Positions 41,625-50,135 are shown, counted from the stretch's first letter. The stretch: 64,000 nucleotides of DNA from Treponema sp. (GCA_017645785.1 JAGCNW010000030.1:27045-91044), one strand, 5' to 3'. The notes: a model not told the origin generated them from the sequence alone. Translations and numbers: made by a program.

Positions 41625-44600
41625 AAAACAATCTGTTGTTCAACGCAGTCCTTGACTTCTTGGGACTGCGTGATTATGACGGTCTTTGTCGCTCCGCTCA
41701 ACTCGGAAATCTTTTGAAGCAACTTGATGAACTCTCCGCGCTGTCCGGCAAACAAAGTTCCGTCAGCCTCATCTACAAATCTCACTTTATGGGTCAATCC
41801 CGTCTGCCTTGAAAGGACGATTGAGAACGCTCCGTAAAGAGCCTGCTTAATCCAAACCTTCTCCCCGCTAGAAACCAACTCCAAAGATTTCTCCCACTTG
41901 CTTCGGCTATCCCTTACAATAACAGAAAAATCCACAATCTGCTTTTCAGCCCCTTGTCTTGTGGGCTGTATCTCTATCGTGAACCTGCCGTCAAAAATCT
42001 CACTAAGTATCGAGTTCGCCGTCGCCTGTATCTCCGGCGCGGTGTTCTCCAACTCCAAGGCGGGAACGCCCTTCTGTCCGAAAGCGGTCTCCAAGAACCT
42101 GCAAGCGTCGGACTTCTCCTTTCCTTCCGCCCGCTTCTTCTCCCATTCCTTAATCTTCTTGGCGTTCTCTTCGGCGCCCTTTTTAAGGGCTTCCGAAGCC
42201 TTCAACTCCGCCTTCAACTCCGTTGCTTCCGCCTTCAAGTCGGAGCATACAGACTTCAGTTCAGCCAAGTCTTCCGAAACGTCTTCCGTCACTTCGACAA
42301 TCTTTATTTCCTTTAACTCTTTCTCGGAGCGGGCAATCTCGGCTTTAAGTTCCTTGATAGATTTCTCCAATGCGTCCCTTTCATACTCCGTGTGCTCGCG
42401 CTTAGGCTTGTAGATTTCCAAAGCCCGCATTTTAGACTCGGTTTCTTTTTTCTTTTCAGCCAAGCCTTTGACGGTTTTCTCGTCCTCGGCTATTTTTTTC
42501 GTCAACTCAAGTTGTTCGTCCCGCAGTTCCCTAATGGCGTTGTCAAGTTTCGTTTTCTTTGACTTCATAACCTTAAGGTTCGCTTTAAGGGCGTCCGCTC
42601 CGCGCTTCGCCTCGAAGTTGTGCAGAATCAAGTCAGACCTAACTTTCTCGTCAATGGCGGCTCCGCAAACGGGGCACCTGTCTCCGACTTCAAGTTCCGT
42701 TTCTTCCAATGTCGCTATCTTGGCGTTAAGAACTCCAATCTGCCTTTCCGTTTCGTTAAGCGGCTTTTCCTTTTCGCTTATCTCCGAAACTAAGGCGTTG
42801 TTTCTCGTGTAGAGTTCGTTCAGCGCTCCCGAAGCCTTAACCCAAGCGTCCTTTGCGGCCTCGCATTTTACCACGGACTGCTTGTATCTAAGAATGTTTC
42901 CTTCGTTCTTGAAGTAGGCCGTGACGTCCTTCAATTCGACGGTCTTTTCGGCAATCTCTTGCCCGTCCTTTGTTATGCGCCGTTTTAAGTCGTCCGCCAT
43001 TTTCTGCTTCAGAGCCATCTCCGCTTTTTGCGCCTTTATCTTTGCGTCCAGTTCCACAAGTTCGTCGCGCTTCGCTTCCTTTTCCGCCAAATCGTCTTCG
43101 GCTTTCTTTAAGTCGCGCCTTAACTTGATAATCATGACGTCAAGCAATTCCGTGTCGGCTGACTCTTGCAGAGCCTTTATCGCCGTGTCGGACTCTTTTA
43201 CGGCTTCTTCCGCTTCCTTGGCTTTTTCCCTAGCCGCCAAAGAAACGTCGCGCATTTGGCTTATGCCGGCAAGCGCGGAGAACAACTCAATTCTTTCTCC
43301 CCTAGTGGCTTCCGCTATGTCGGGAACTCTATCGGACTTTTCCTTCGCTTGGAACGCAGTCCGCATATACAAATCGACCGGCCCGAAAACGGAGTTGACC
43401 CATTCGGTGTAAGTCGCTATCGTTCCGTCAACGCCCAAGGCGGGGCGCCAATCTTCCCTGTCGGTCGAAGTCCAAGCCTCGCAAATCGTTTTCGCTCGGA
43501 CTCCCGTTCCTTTTATCGAAATCCTTAACTTGTAGTATTTTCCGTTCTCGTCTCTCCAAACGGTCTCTCTGTAAGACCTTTCGGAATAGAAGTGCTCTCT
43601 GAGAGCGCCGCCCCTAGTGAGCATAAACGGGTAGGGGGTGCAGTTCTCCAAGAAAGTAGTCTTTCCCCTTCCGTTCTCTCCCATAATGACGGTAAGGCCG
43701 TTCTCCAGCTTCTCGAAATCGACAAAGATTTCGTCCTTTCCGCAACCGTCTTTTATTCCCTTCGCTCCGCGCAGTTCCACGCTTAAAAGCTCGAAGGCGT
43801 GGTTCGGCGTCGGCTTTCTAATCAACTCAAAAGCCTCTATTTCCTCCAACGCGTCCTTCGCGCCTTTCGGAACATTCAGTTTCATAACCTTGGCATATTC
43901 GTCAAGTTTCTCCGAAAGGGTCTCTATTTTCCTTATCTCTTCGCTTCTCGCCTTGACTTCTTCAGTAGGCTCGAATTGCAATCTCACTTCGCAAGCGGCT
44001 GTCACGCCTTGGATTTGCGGGCCAAGCCTTCGCCTGAAATCCGCCTCAATCTCCTGCCGTTCGCTTTCCTTTCCAAAAATCCTTATCCTTAAATGCCAAT
44101 TCGCGCCAAAATACTTTGACTCCAACTTTAAGTATTCTTGATAAGCCAACGTCTTGTATCTAGGCATATTTGTAGGGACTTCCGTGACTTTGACTGTCTT
44201 GCCAATCTCGACAAGGTTGTAGTGCCCTTCGTGCTCTTCGCCGAAGTTCAGCGGTATGGGCGTTCCGGCGTAAAAGGCGTTCTTGAAAACTTCCTGCGGC
44301 TTGTGGATATGGCCGAAGGCGCAGTAGTCGCACTGCAAAGTCTCGAATATTCTTTTCGGAAGGGCGTGGGGGCAGGCGGCCTCAACTCCGTTTTGGTAAG
44401 TGGCTTCTCTGACTTCTCCGTGGTAGACGCACACTCTCGGCTTCGTTTTTTCGGCGGGAACGGACTTGGCGAAATCCGTGTATGACTTCAGCACGTCCTT
44501 GGAGTCCTTGTAGTCCATAAGCCTTGGCTCAGGAAGGAAAATCAAGTCGCATTTGTCAGTTGAAACAAACGCCTTTCCTCGGAACACTTGGCAACCGACA

Positions 44601-44875
44601 GCCTTAAAAATGTCAAGGCAGCCGCTAGGCTCGTGGGTCGGCGTTCCGTAGACCATATAAACTTTAGTTTTCTTTGCGATTCGCTCCATAGCGGAAACCA
44701 AGGCGGTGAAGCCGCTCGCCTCCGTGTTGGTGATAAGAGAGTCGAAGAAATCGCCCGCGAACGCGACGAAATCCACACCCCCAGCGGCTGACTCGACCTT
44801 CCCCAAAACTTCCAAGTCTTTTTTCAGCCGCTCCCTAGACGCGTGCAAGTCCGCTATGTGAATGAATCTAAGCAT
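41621..44875 (-). CDS. Single-polypeptide Mre11/SbcD nuclease - Rad50/SbcC ATPase fusion (1084 aa)
   Basis: N-terminal phosphoesterase motifs IHIADLHA, AGDFFD, YGTPTHE and FGHIHKP. Then Walker A GENGRGKTT, a long coiled coil with a CPVCGA zinc hook, signature SSGEKV and Walker B VRFVDEAD. Confidence 0.8.
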   Translation of the reverse strand: MLRFIHIADLHASRERLKKDLEVLGKVESAAGGVDFVAFAGDFFDSLITNTEASGFTALVSAMERIAKKTKVYMVYGTPTHEPSGCLDIFKAVGCQVFRGKAFVSTDKCDLIFLPEPRLMDYKDSKDVLKSYTDFAKSVPAEKTKPRVCVYHGEVREATYQNGVEAACPHALPKRIFETLQCDYCAFGHIHKPQEVFKNAFYAGTPIPLNFGEEHEGHYNLVEIGKTVKVTEVPTNMPRYKTLAYQEYLKLESKYFGANWHLRIRIFGKESERQEIEADFRRRLGPQIQGVTAACEVRLQFEPTEEVKARSEEIRKIETLSEKLDEYAKVMKLNVPKGAKDALEEIEAFELIRKPTPNHAFELLSVELRGAKGIKDGCGKDEIFVDFEKLENGLTVIMGENGRGKTTFLENCTPYPFMLTRGGALREHFYSERSYRETVWRDENGKYYKLRISIKGTGVRAKTICEAWTSTDREDWRPALGVDGTIATYTEWVNSVFGPVDLYMRTAFQAKEKSDRVPDIAEATRGERIELFSALAGISQMRDVSLAAREKAKEAEEAVKESDTAIKALQESADTELLDVMIIKLRRDLKKAEDDLAEKEAKRDELVELDAKIKAQKAEMALKQKMADDLKRRITKDGQEIAEKTVELKDVTAYFKNEGNILRYKQSVVKCEAAKDAWVKASGALNELYTRNNALVSEISEKEKPLNETERQIGVLNAKIATLEETELEVGDRCPVCGAAIDEKVRSDLILHNFEAKRGADALKANLKVMKSKKTKLDNAIRELRDEQLELTKKIAEDEKTVKGLAEKKKETESKMRALEIYKPKREHTEYERDALEKSIKELKAEIARSEKELKEIKIVEVTEDVSEDLAELKSVCSDLKAEATELKAELKASEALKKGAEENAKKIKEWEKKRAEGKEKSDACRFLETAFGQKGVPALELENTAPEIQATANSILSEIFDGRFTIEIQPTRQGAEKQIVDFSVIVRDSRSKWEKSLELVSSGEKVWIKQALYGAFSIVLSRQTGLTHKVRFVDEADGTLFAGQRGEFIKLLQKISELSGATKTVIITQSQEVKDCVEQQIVF

Positions 44876-45174
44876 TATTTCTTTTTGCCGCCTTTGTCGT
44901 CCATTAGGTTCAATTTGCTCAATGCGTTCACCAAAAGGCCAAGCGCCGTTTCGTTGGACAACTCAATCTTTTTCATAGATTCCTCGATGGCGGGTATCCT
45001 ATCAACAAGCCCTTTTCCTACAGAGTGGTTGACATATTCTCTCACCGCGTCTTCAATGAAAGCCGTGACAGACCTATGGCCTTTGTTCTCTTTGATAAGA
45101 AGCATTGTTTCGTTGTAAACGCGGACTACTTGCGTGGAGCTTTTCGTCAGCTCCATTTCTTCCTTGCTTTTCAC
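44875..45174 (-). CDS. Small protein, possible ribbon-helix-helix, translationally coupled to the nuclease-ATPase gene
   Basis: GTG start after AAAGGAGG. Stop and start share base 44875. VVRVYNETMLLIKENKGHRSVTAFIEDAVREYV is compatible with an RHH fold (weak). Confidence 0.45.
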   Translation of the reverse strand: MKSKEEMELTKSSTQVVRVYNETMLLIKENKGHRSVTAFIEDAVREYVNHSVGKGLVDRIPAIEESMKKIELSNETALGLLVNALSKLNLMDDKGGKKK

Positions 45175-45196
45175 AGTCAGCCTCCTTTGTCGTTAA

Positions 45197-45225
45197 AATG
45201 TATACTTTTTGTAACAAATTGTCAA
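45197..45225 (-). promoter_or_regulatory. sigma70-like promoter TTGACA-17-TACATT (minus strand)
   Basis: Reverse complement read directly. The spacer contains TGTTACAAAAAGTATACAT (recurring motif). Confidence 0.5.
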
Positions 45226-45265
45226 GTAAAATGTAACGAAAAGTATTCAAAATGTATTCAAAGTG

Positions 45266-45294
45266 TTGCAAAAAAAAAGAAAAGGCGCTACAAT
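45266..45294 (+). promoter_or_regulatory. sigma70-like promoter TTGCAA-17-TACAAT feeding a probably leaderless mRNA
   Basis: The -10 element ends 6 nt before ATG 45301 and there is no SD. Confidence 0.5.
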
Positions 45295-45300
45295 GGAATT

Positions 45301-46203
45301 ATGAAAGAAATGACGATAAGGGCGGTCGCAAGAAAGTTCGACGCGGGGTATTTGTTTGTCCCCGCCACGAAAGCGGACAAGCAGGTTATGCAGATGTTCT
45401 GCGAGGAGTCCAAGGGCGAGTATGTGACTATGGACGTGACGACCTCCCGCAAGAACAAGTCATACGACCAAGTTAAGACGGTGTGGGCTTTGATAGAATT
45501 GATATACGAAGTGTCGCAAAAAGTCCGACCAACGACGCAACAAGCCGCCAGCCTTTATATGGAACTCATAATGCTTTACGCGGACAGAGTTCCGTCGCTC
45601 ATTAACATAGGCGAAAAAATTCCCGTCACCCTTTCCCAAATGGACAAGGAGCAGGCAGTCCGTTTCATACAATGCCTTATAAACCATCTTTGCGAAATGG
45701 GCAAACTGTCCGACTTGCAGGCGAGCAGTTTGACAGAGATATTCCAGTCCTTCGAGGAGATGAAGGGCGGACTGGACAGCGACCCTGTGGACAAAGATTC
45801 GGACGGAAATTGGCTGACCGTGGCGGAGTGGAAAAAGCGCAACAACCATTCGTTCGCAAGCGGTCGGGTGGGAGATTTGGAAGTCGCCCATATCGTCACA
45901 AGAGGCTCCTCTCCGCAGAACATTGAGTCTGTTTGGAACCTTATACTTTTGACCCACGAAGAGCATATTGAGATACAGCACGGAAAAGGCTGGGACGTCT
46001 TTCTTGGCATTTATCCGCATTTGAAGGCAAGAGTGAACAGGGCAAGGCGTATGGCGGAAAAAGAAGAGTTCCAAGACAACGGAAAAAAATCAGCCTTCGA
46101 GACGAAGCCGGAAGTTGTCTCCCTTGTCGAGCAAGCCTTTGGCGGAGAAGCCGTCAAAGAGTCGGATTGGGCGGAGAAAGAGCCTGTTTCCGACATTTTT
46201 TAA
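45301..46203 (+). CDS. Protein with C-terminal HNH-like nuclease motif (DUF968/NinB-like flavour, tentative)
   Basis: DLEVAHIVTRGSS...VWNLILLTHEEHIEIQHGKGW has H-N-H spacing without Cys. The N-terminal SRKNKSYDQVKTVWALIELIY is NinB-like (weak memory match). Confidence 0.45.
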   Translation: MKEMTIRAVARKFDAGYLFVPATKADKQVMQMFCEESKGEYVTMDVTTSRKNKSYDQVKTVWALIELIYEVSQKVRPTTQQAASLYMELIMLYADRVPSLINIGEKIPVTLSQMDKEQAVRFIQCLINHLCEMGKLSDLQASSLTEIFQSFEEMKGGLDSDPVDKDSDGNWLTVAEWKKRNNHSFASGRVGDLEVAHIVTRGSSPQNIESVWNLILLTHEEHIEIQHGKGWDVFLGIYPHLKARVNRARRMAEKEEFQDNGKKSAFETKPEVVSLVEQAFGGEAVKESDWAEKEPVSDIF

Positions 46204-46239
46204 CTTAATGTTCCTATTTTTCTCCCATACACTTCTGTT

Positions 46240-46392
46240 ATGAAATACTTAGCGGAAACCAAGAATGGCCAAACCATTCAAGGGGTGTCTGTCCAAGACG
46301 TCCACACGAAAGCAAGGGCTATGGACGCGGCGATTGTGAGAATAACCGCCATCAAGGACGACGGAAGAAAATTTGTCATTCAAAACAAATAG
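46240..46392 (+). CDS. Possible small ORF (50 aa)
   Basis: Own translation: MKYLAETKNGQTIQGVSVQDV... No SD. Confidence 0.2.
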   Translation: MKYLAETKNGQTIQGVSVQDVHTKARAMDAAIVRITAIKDDGRKFVIQNK

Positions 46393-46401
46393 GAGAAATA
46401 T

Positions 46402-46815
46402 ATGGCCTCGTTCATAATCGGAACCACACCGACATTTTCTGTCACATTGGACACAAAGGAAACCTTCGATGGGCTTGGAAGCGTCTTTTTCAGATTGAAG
46501 CAGGGCGACAAAATCCTTGACATCGAGCCGGAATTGTCGGAGGATAAATTGACCGCCATTATGAAACTGACGCAGGAGCAAACGCTTGAATTCAAGGCGG
46601 GCAACATTCAATGTCAGTTGATGGGCGTCAGCGACTACAACGAGAATGAAGTCGTGAGAAAATCAGAGATATTCAACATCTTGGCGAAACCTTCCTTGAT
46701 TGAAGAGGCGAGACACAACGAGCCGCCTGAAGAGCCGACAGAGCCGACCGAACCAACAGAGCCTACAGAACCGCAGAACGGAGACAACAATGACGATACA
46801 AATGGCGGAGAATGA
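46402..46815 (+). CDS. Hypothetical protein with C-terminal (EPT)n tandem repeat
   Basis: ORF track. PPEEPTEPTEPTEPTEPQ is encoded by a 9-nt periodic repeat at about 46725-46775. AGGAG upstream. Confidence 0.55.
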   Translation: MASFIIGTTPTFSVTLDTKETFDGLGSVFFRLKQGDKILDIEPELSEDKLTAIMKLTQEQTLEFKAGNIQCQLMGVSDYNENEVVRKSEIFNILAKPSLIEEARHNEPPEEPTEPTEPTEPTEPQNGDNNDDTNGGE

Positions 46816-46985
46816 GCAATCCGTGGAGATAGCGGCCTTGTCTGAAAACGGCGAGGAAACCATTACAATTATGGACGACACGGTTGGAATTGAGATAATT
46901 CCGCTTCCTACAAGGCAATAAACATTTAACTTAAGAGTTTTCGTTCCCTATAATCCTTCTTATACAAAATACAAGGCGGATTATT

Positions 46986-47801
46986 ATGGATTTCATAACT
47001 AAACTTAGTTCGGCAAACCTAATCATATTCGGGGTTATATTTTTAGGCGCTTTGCTTATCGTGGTGAAGCACATTCAGTCTGTGAAAGTAGGCAAGGCTG
47101 AAATCACAAGCAAGGCAAAACAAGAAAGCGAGGCCAAAGAAGACAGAAAGATTTTCGTCGAGATGATGAATTTCTCTTGGCGGCTCAACCAAGAATTGTC
47201 GGACGGAGAGCACTTCTACAAAAAGCAAGCCCGCCGAGAAATCAAAGACCACCTTTACTCTTATTCAATCCTTATCAAATCAGCCTACCGAAAAGTTCTT
47301 GTCGAGAAAAACCCAGACGATTACAAACTTACATACGCCGCCTTCACTTCAACCCTTGACGGGCAATTCTATATGAAAGTAATGCAGTTCCTTATGGACT
47401 GCTACGAGCACAACCACATAACGAACATTTCCGAAATGGAACTTAGAAAAAAGTCTGACGAAATTTACGGACAAATCGTTTGCATTTTCCAAGACTTCTT
47501 TATGGAGCCTTGGCTTGAGGAAATGTGCGACTACAAGGATTTGCAGAACGCCTGCCTTAACATCGAGGCGGAAGTCCGCAATATGCTGTTCGCCGCTATG
47601 AAGGAAATACAAACGACGCTTATCCAACTTTACAATATGCGAACCGCAATCCAAAACATCAAAAATTGCACTTCCGCTTGGATTATTGAGAAAGGCTTGC
47701 TGCCCGTCCAAGCGGAGGCTATGGTCGACACATTCTTCGAGCCAGTTAAAGGGCTGAATGTGGACAGAGTTCAAGAATACCTTGAGTTGATAAAAATATG
47801 A
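46986..47801 (+). CDS. Membrane-anchored hypothetical protein (271 aa)
   Basis: ORF track. N-terminal TM segment LIIFGVIFLGALLIVV. Confidence 0.55.
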   Translation: MDFITKLSSANLIIFGVIFLGALLIVVKHIQSVKVGKAEITSKAKQESEAKEDRKIFVEMMNFSWRLNQELSDGEHFYKKQARREIKDHLYSYSILIKSAYRKVLVEKNPDDYKLTYAAFTSTLDGQFYMKVMQFLMDCYEHNHITNISEMELRKKSDEIYGQIVCIFQDFFMEPWLEEMCDYKDLQNACLNIEAEVRNMLFAAMKEIQTTLIQLYNMRTAIQNIKNCTSAWIIEKGLLPVQAEAMVDTFFEPVKGLNVDRVQEYLELIKI

Positions 47802-47965
47802 CGTCTGATTTTGAGTTGGTCGTTGAGGCGAAAGAATACGCCTTTGCGAAATTGGACAAACTGATTGTTTCAAAGGAACTTTACAGCGACATCTTCAAGG
47901 TTGTTTACAAGGCCTACATAGATGGAGTTGACAAAGGGAGAAAGAAAGGAGGAAAGGAGGAATGA
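47798..47965 (+). CDS. Small hypothetical protein (55 aa)
   Basis: Own translation. ATGA-coupled on both sides. Confidence 0.35.
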   Translation: MTSDFELVVEAKEYAFAKLDKLIVSKELYSDIFKVVYKAYIDGVDKGRKKGGKEE

Positions 47966-48369
47966 GAAAAAATGGGAAAGATTATGACGACGGTTATTCG
48001 TTTTTGCGGTCGGTTGCAGGGGCTATTATTGCTTTTGTTGTGCTTTGCCTTGTGTCCGCGTTCTGTTTATGCATTGGAGGATGTGCCACAACCAAGTCCC
48101 ACTCTGGAGGAGTTAGGGAATCAAGTTCATTCATCGTTGGCAAACTTGAAGGCTCAGTCGAAGATTTTGACAGAGGAATTGCAAGAGCGGTCGAAAGAAG
48201 TCGAAGCATTGAAGACGAACTTGAACGACTTGACTATCTGTTTGGACAATACGAACAAACTGCTCTCAGACTACGAGACCAAGTTGATAGTCTACGAGCA
48301 GAAATTGAAAGGTTGGAAAAAATTCGCGACGATAGTGGCTTTGCTAGCGCTTCTGTTCATAGCGACTAG
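47962..48369 (+). CDS. Frame A: N-terminal TM or lipoprotein-like signal plus charged coiled coil (i-spanin-like, tentative)
   Basis: ATGA-coupled to the upstream ORF. AGAIIAFVVLCLVSAFCLCIGGCATTK, then EDELERLDYLFGQYEQTALRLRDQVDSLRAEIERLEK. Confidence 0.45.
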   Translation: MRKNGKDYDDGYSFLRSVAGAIIAFVVLCLVSAFCLCIGGCATTKSHSGGVRESSSFIVGKLEGSVEDFDRGIARAVERSRSIEDELERLDYLFGQYEQTALRLRDQVDSLRAEIERLEKIRDDSGFASASVHSD

Positions 48370-48436
48370 GGTGGTAACTTTAATTCTAAGAGTGAAGGGC
48401 ATAAAACTACCCGAAATCGTGAACATCTTATTGTGA
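47972..48436 (+). CDS. Frame B (+1 relative to A): signal-like N-terminus, coiled coil, C-terminal TM
   Basis: GGAGG 12 nt upstream. LLLLLLCFALCPRSVYA, a PQPSPT stretch, LKAQSKILTEELQERSKEVEALKTNL, and a C-terminal FATIVALLALLFIATRVVTLIL. Confidence 0.45.
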   Translation: MGKIMTTVIRFCGRLQGLLLLLLCFALCPRSVYALEDVPQPSPTLEELGNQVHSSLANLKAQSKILTEELQERSKEVEALKTNLNDLTICLDNTNKLLSDYETKLIVYEQKLKGWKKFATIVALLALLFIATRVVTLILRVKGIKLPEIVNILL

Positions 48437-48443
48437 GGCGTTT

Positions 48444-49079
48444 ATGAAACCTTGGGAATTATACGAACACCAAAAATCCTTGAATTACAACAAGAACTCC
48501 GTTGACTACAACTGGAAGGTAGAAGTTGTGAACGAAGAGAAGACTATTTATGTCTTCACGCAATACTCAACCTCTCCGCTTGATTGGATTGTCAACTTCC
48601 TTTTCTTTTTCATACCGCAGATAAGGAATTGGTATTTGTATTTCACCTGCTTTGGTTGGCAAACGGCGTTCAACTCTTGCAAGCAATTAGTGATGAATCA
48701 AGCGCTTGCGGCGATAAATGTCTTCCCTGACTACAAGATTGTTTGTTGCGGACATTCTTACGGCGGAGCGTCTTCCGTCCTTACAGGAATAGAGATTTTC
48801 TTCGCCACGGCGGTAAAGCCGGACTTGATTACTTTTGGAGCGCCCAAGCCTTTGTTCCTTCTGCTCACGAAACTGTTCTCAAGGCTTTTCTTCGGAAAGG
48901 TCAAGCAATACGCGCATAGGGCAGACATTGTGACCTATATGCCGCCGTTGCCGGGCTATTGGAACGTTAAGGTAATCCGCATAGGAAAGTTCTCTTTCAA
49001 GGCCTTATTCAACGGCGACACGCACCAATCATACGGAGACCCAAGCTTATACGAAGGAGTGAGCGATGATAACGATTAG
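48444..49079 (+). CDS. Class-3 lipase-like alpha/beta hydrolase
   Basis: CCGHSYGGASS (GxSxG), TFGAPKP, HRADIVTYMPPLP (Asp) and GDTHQSY (His) match the Lipase_3 triad layout (memory). Confidence 0.65.
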   Translation: MKPWELYEHQKSLNYNKNSVDYNWKVEVVNEEKTIYVFTQYSTSPLDWIVNFLFFFIPQIRNWYLYFTCFGWQTAFNSCKQLVMNQALAAINVFPDYKIVCCGHSYGGASSVLTGIEIFFATAVKPDLITFGAPKPLFLLLTKLFSRLFFGKVKQYAHRADIVTYMPPLPGYWNVKVIRIGKFSFKALFNGDTHQSYGDPSLYEGVSDDND

Positions 49080-49341
49080 GGAAATAGCGGACAACAACAC
49101 GGCCATCAGTTCAACAAGGTGGGCGTTCGCCGCCGTGATAAAGGCCGACTTGACTATTGTGTTCATAACCTTGGCGGCGGGCCTTGTGGGGCATTTCATC
49201 GGAAAACCTTTGGACGAGCGGATTTACGACTACGTTAAGTCCGCCCTCGGAATAATAACGGGAATACTCGCCGTGGTCAAAGCCGCCCAAGGCTTCGAGC
49301 CTAGGCACACGAAGAAAGAGCCGAAGGAGGAAGAACAATGA
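49066..49341 (+). CDS. Small two-TM membrane protein (holin-like candidate)
   Basis: ORF track. Two hydrophobic segments and a charged C-tail. Confidence 0.45.
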   Translation: MITIREIADNNTAISSTRWAFAAVIKADLTIVFITLAAGLVGHFIGKPLDERIYDYVKSALGIITGILAVVKAAQGFEPRHTKKEPKEEEQ

Positions 49342-49910
49342 TTTGGGCTTTCATTCTTTTCGCTCCGATTTGCGCGGCTTACATTTTTTGGGAGTGCAAT
49401 ATAATCAAGAACAACGCCGTCAGGGTCATCTTGAAGGATTTTGTTGACATAAGCCCTGCCGTAATACTTTTAGCGTTCAACAGACCTTGGGCGGCTATAT
49501 TTCTTATGGCTTGTCTTATGGCGAATATGTTTATTTACGACAACTTGGTTTTAGGCGGAATCCTATTCGCCGCCGCATACGCCTCGGCTTCCGTTCTCGC
49601 GTCTTGGTTCCACCCGTTCGACATCACCTGCGCCGCGATGAGTGTGGGATTCGTCGTCGCCTCGTTGGTTCCAATCATTTTGCTGTATAAGGGCGAAAAA
49701 AAATTCAAAGTCGGCATTTGCGTTTACGCTTTAATCGCCGTAGTCCCACTTGCTTACGCCTTGTCAAAAACATTGAATTTCGGATTTTTGTGTTTGGCGT
49801 TAGGCGACATCGGTCTTGGTGGTTACGAAGCGACAAATAAGAAAGTGGTGAAAATAATAGCGAACATTTTGTATTTCGCGGGAACCTGCTTGGTTCCTCT
49901 TTCATTGTGA
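49338..49910 (+). CDS. Polytopic membrane protein (190 aa)
   Basis: ORF track. ATGA-coupled. Confidence 0.55.
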   Translation: MIWAFILFAPICAAYIFWECNIIKNNAVRVILKDFVDISPAVILLAFNRPWAAIFLMACLMANMFIYDNLVLGGILFAAAYASASVLASWFHPFDITCAAMSVGFVVASLVPIILLYKGEKKFKVGICVYALIAVVPLAYALSKTLNFGFLCLALGDIGLGGYEATNKKVVKIIANILYFAGTCLVPLSL

Positions 49911-49912
49911 AT

Positions 49913-49959
49913 CTTCTTGGGAAACCAAGAAAGAAAATATTAAGGAGGCTCAAAAATGA
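49913..49959 (+). repeat. 47-nt direct repeat copy A (GNRA hairpin + SD + ATGA)
   Basis: CTTCTTGGGAAACCAAGAAAGAAAATATTAAGGAGGCTCAAAAATGA, identical to 50174-50220. Confidence 0.85.
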
Positions 49960-50135
49960 CAATGAGCAATTTGATTGACGATGTGAACTCAGGCAAGTGC
50001 TTGTATAAATTCGCAAGGAACGGAGCTGCGTTTTCGGGGCTTCGCAAGCAAAGTTTCACTCCAAAAGAGTTGAAGTCGCCGGCGTTCGGCTTTGTGAAGA
50101 ACAAAGGCTCGAAGTCTTTTGTCAAAGTTCGTTAA
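49956..50135 (+). CDS. Small basic protein (59 aa)
   Basis: Own translation: MTMSNLIDDVNSGKCLYKFARNGAAFSGLRKQSF... Its start lies inside repeat copy A. Confidence 0.4.
   Translation: MTMSNLIDDVNSGKCLYKFARNGAAFSGLRKQSFTPKELKSPAFGFVKNKGSKSFVKVR

Noticed and set aside
46201-46960. Possible shared promoter motif AACTTAA...TTCC(C)TAT upstream of 46240 and 46986.
   Set aside because: There are only two copies. The match to -35/-10 spacing is acceptable for the second (TTAACT-17-TATAAT) but poor for the first. Evidence is insufficient to call a motif.
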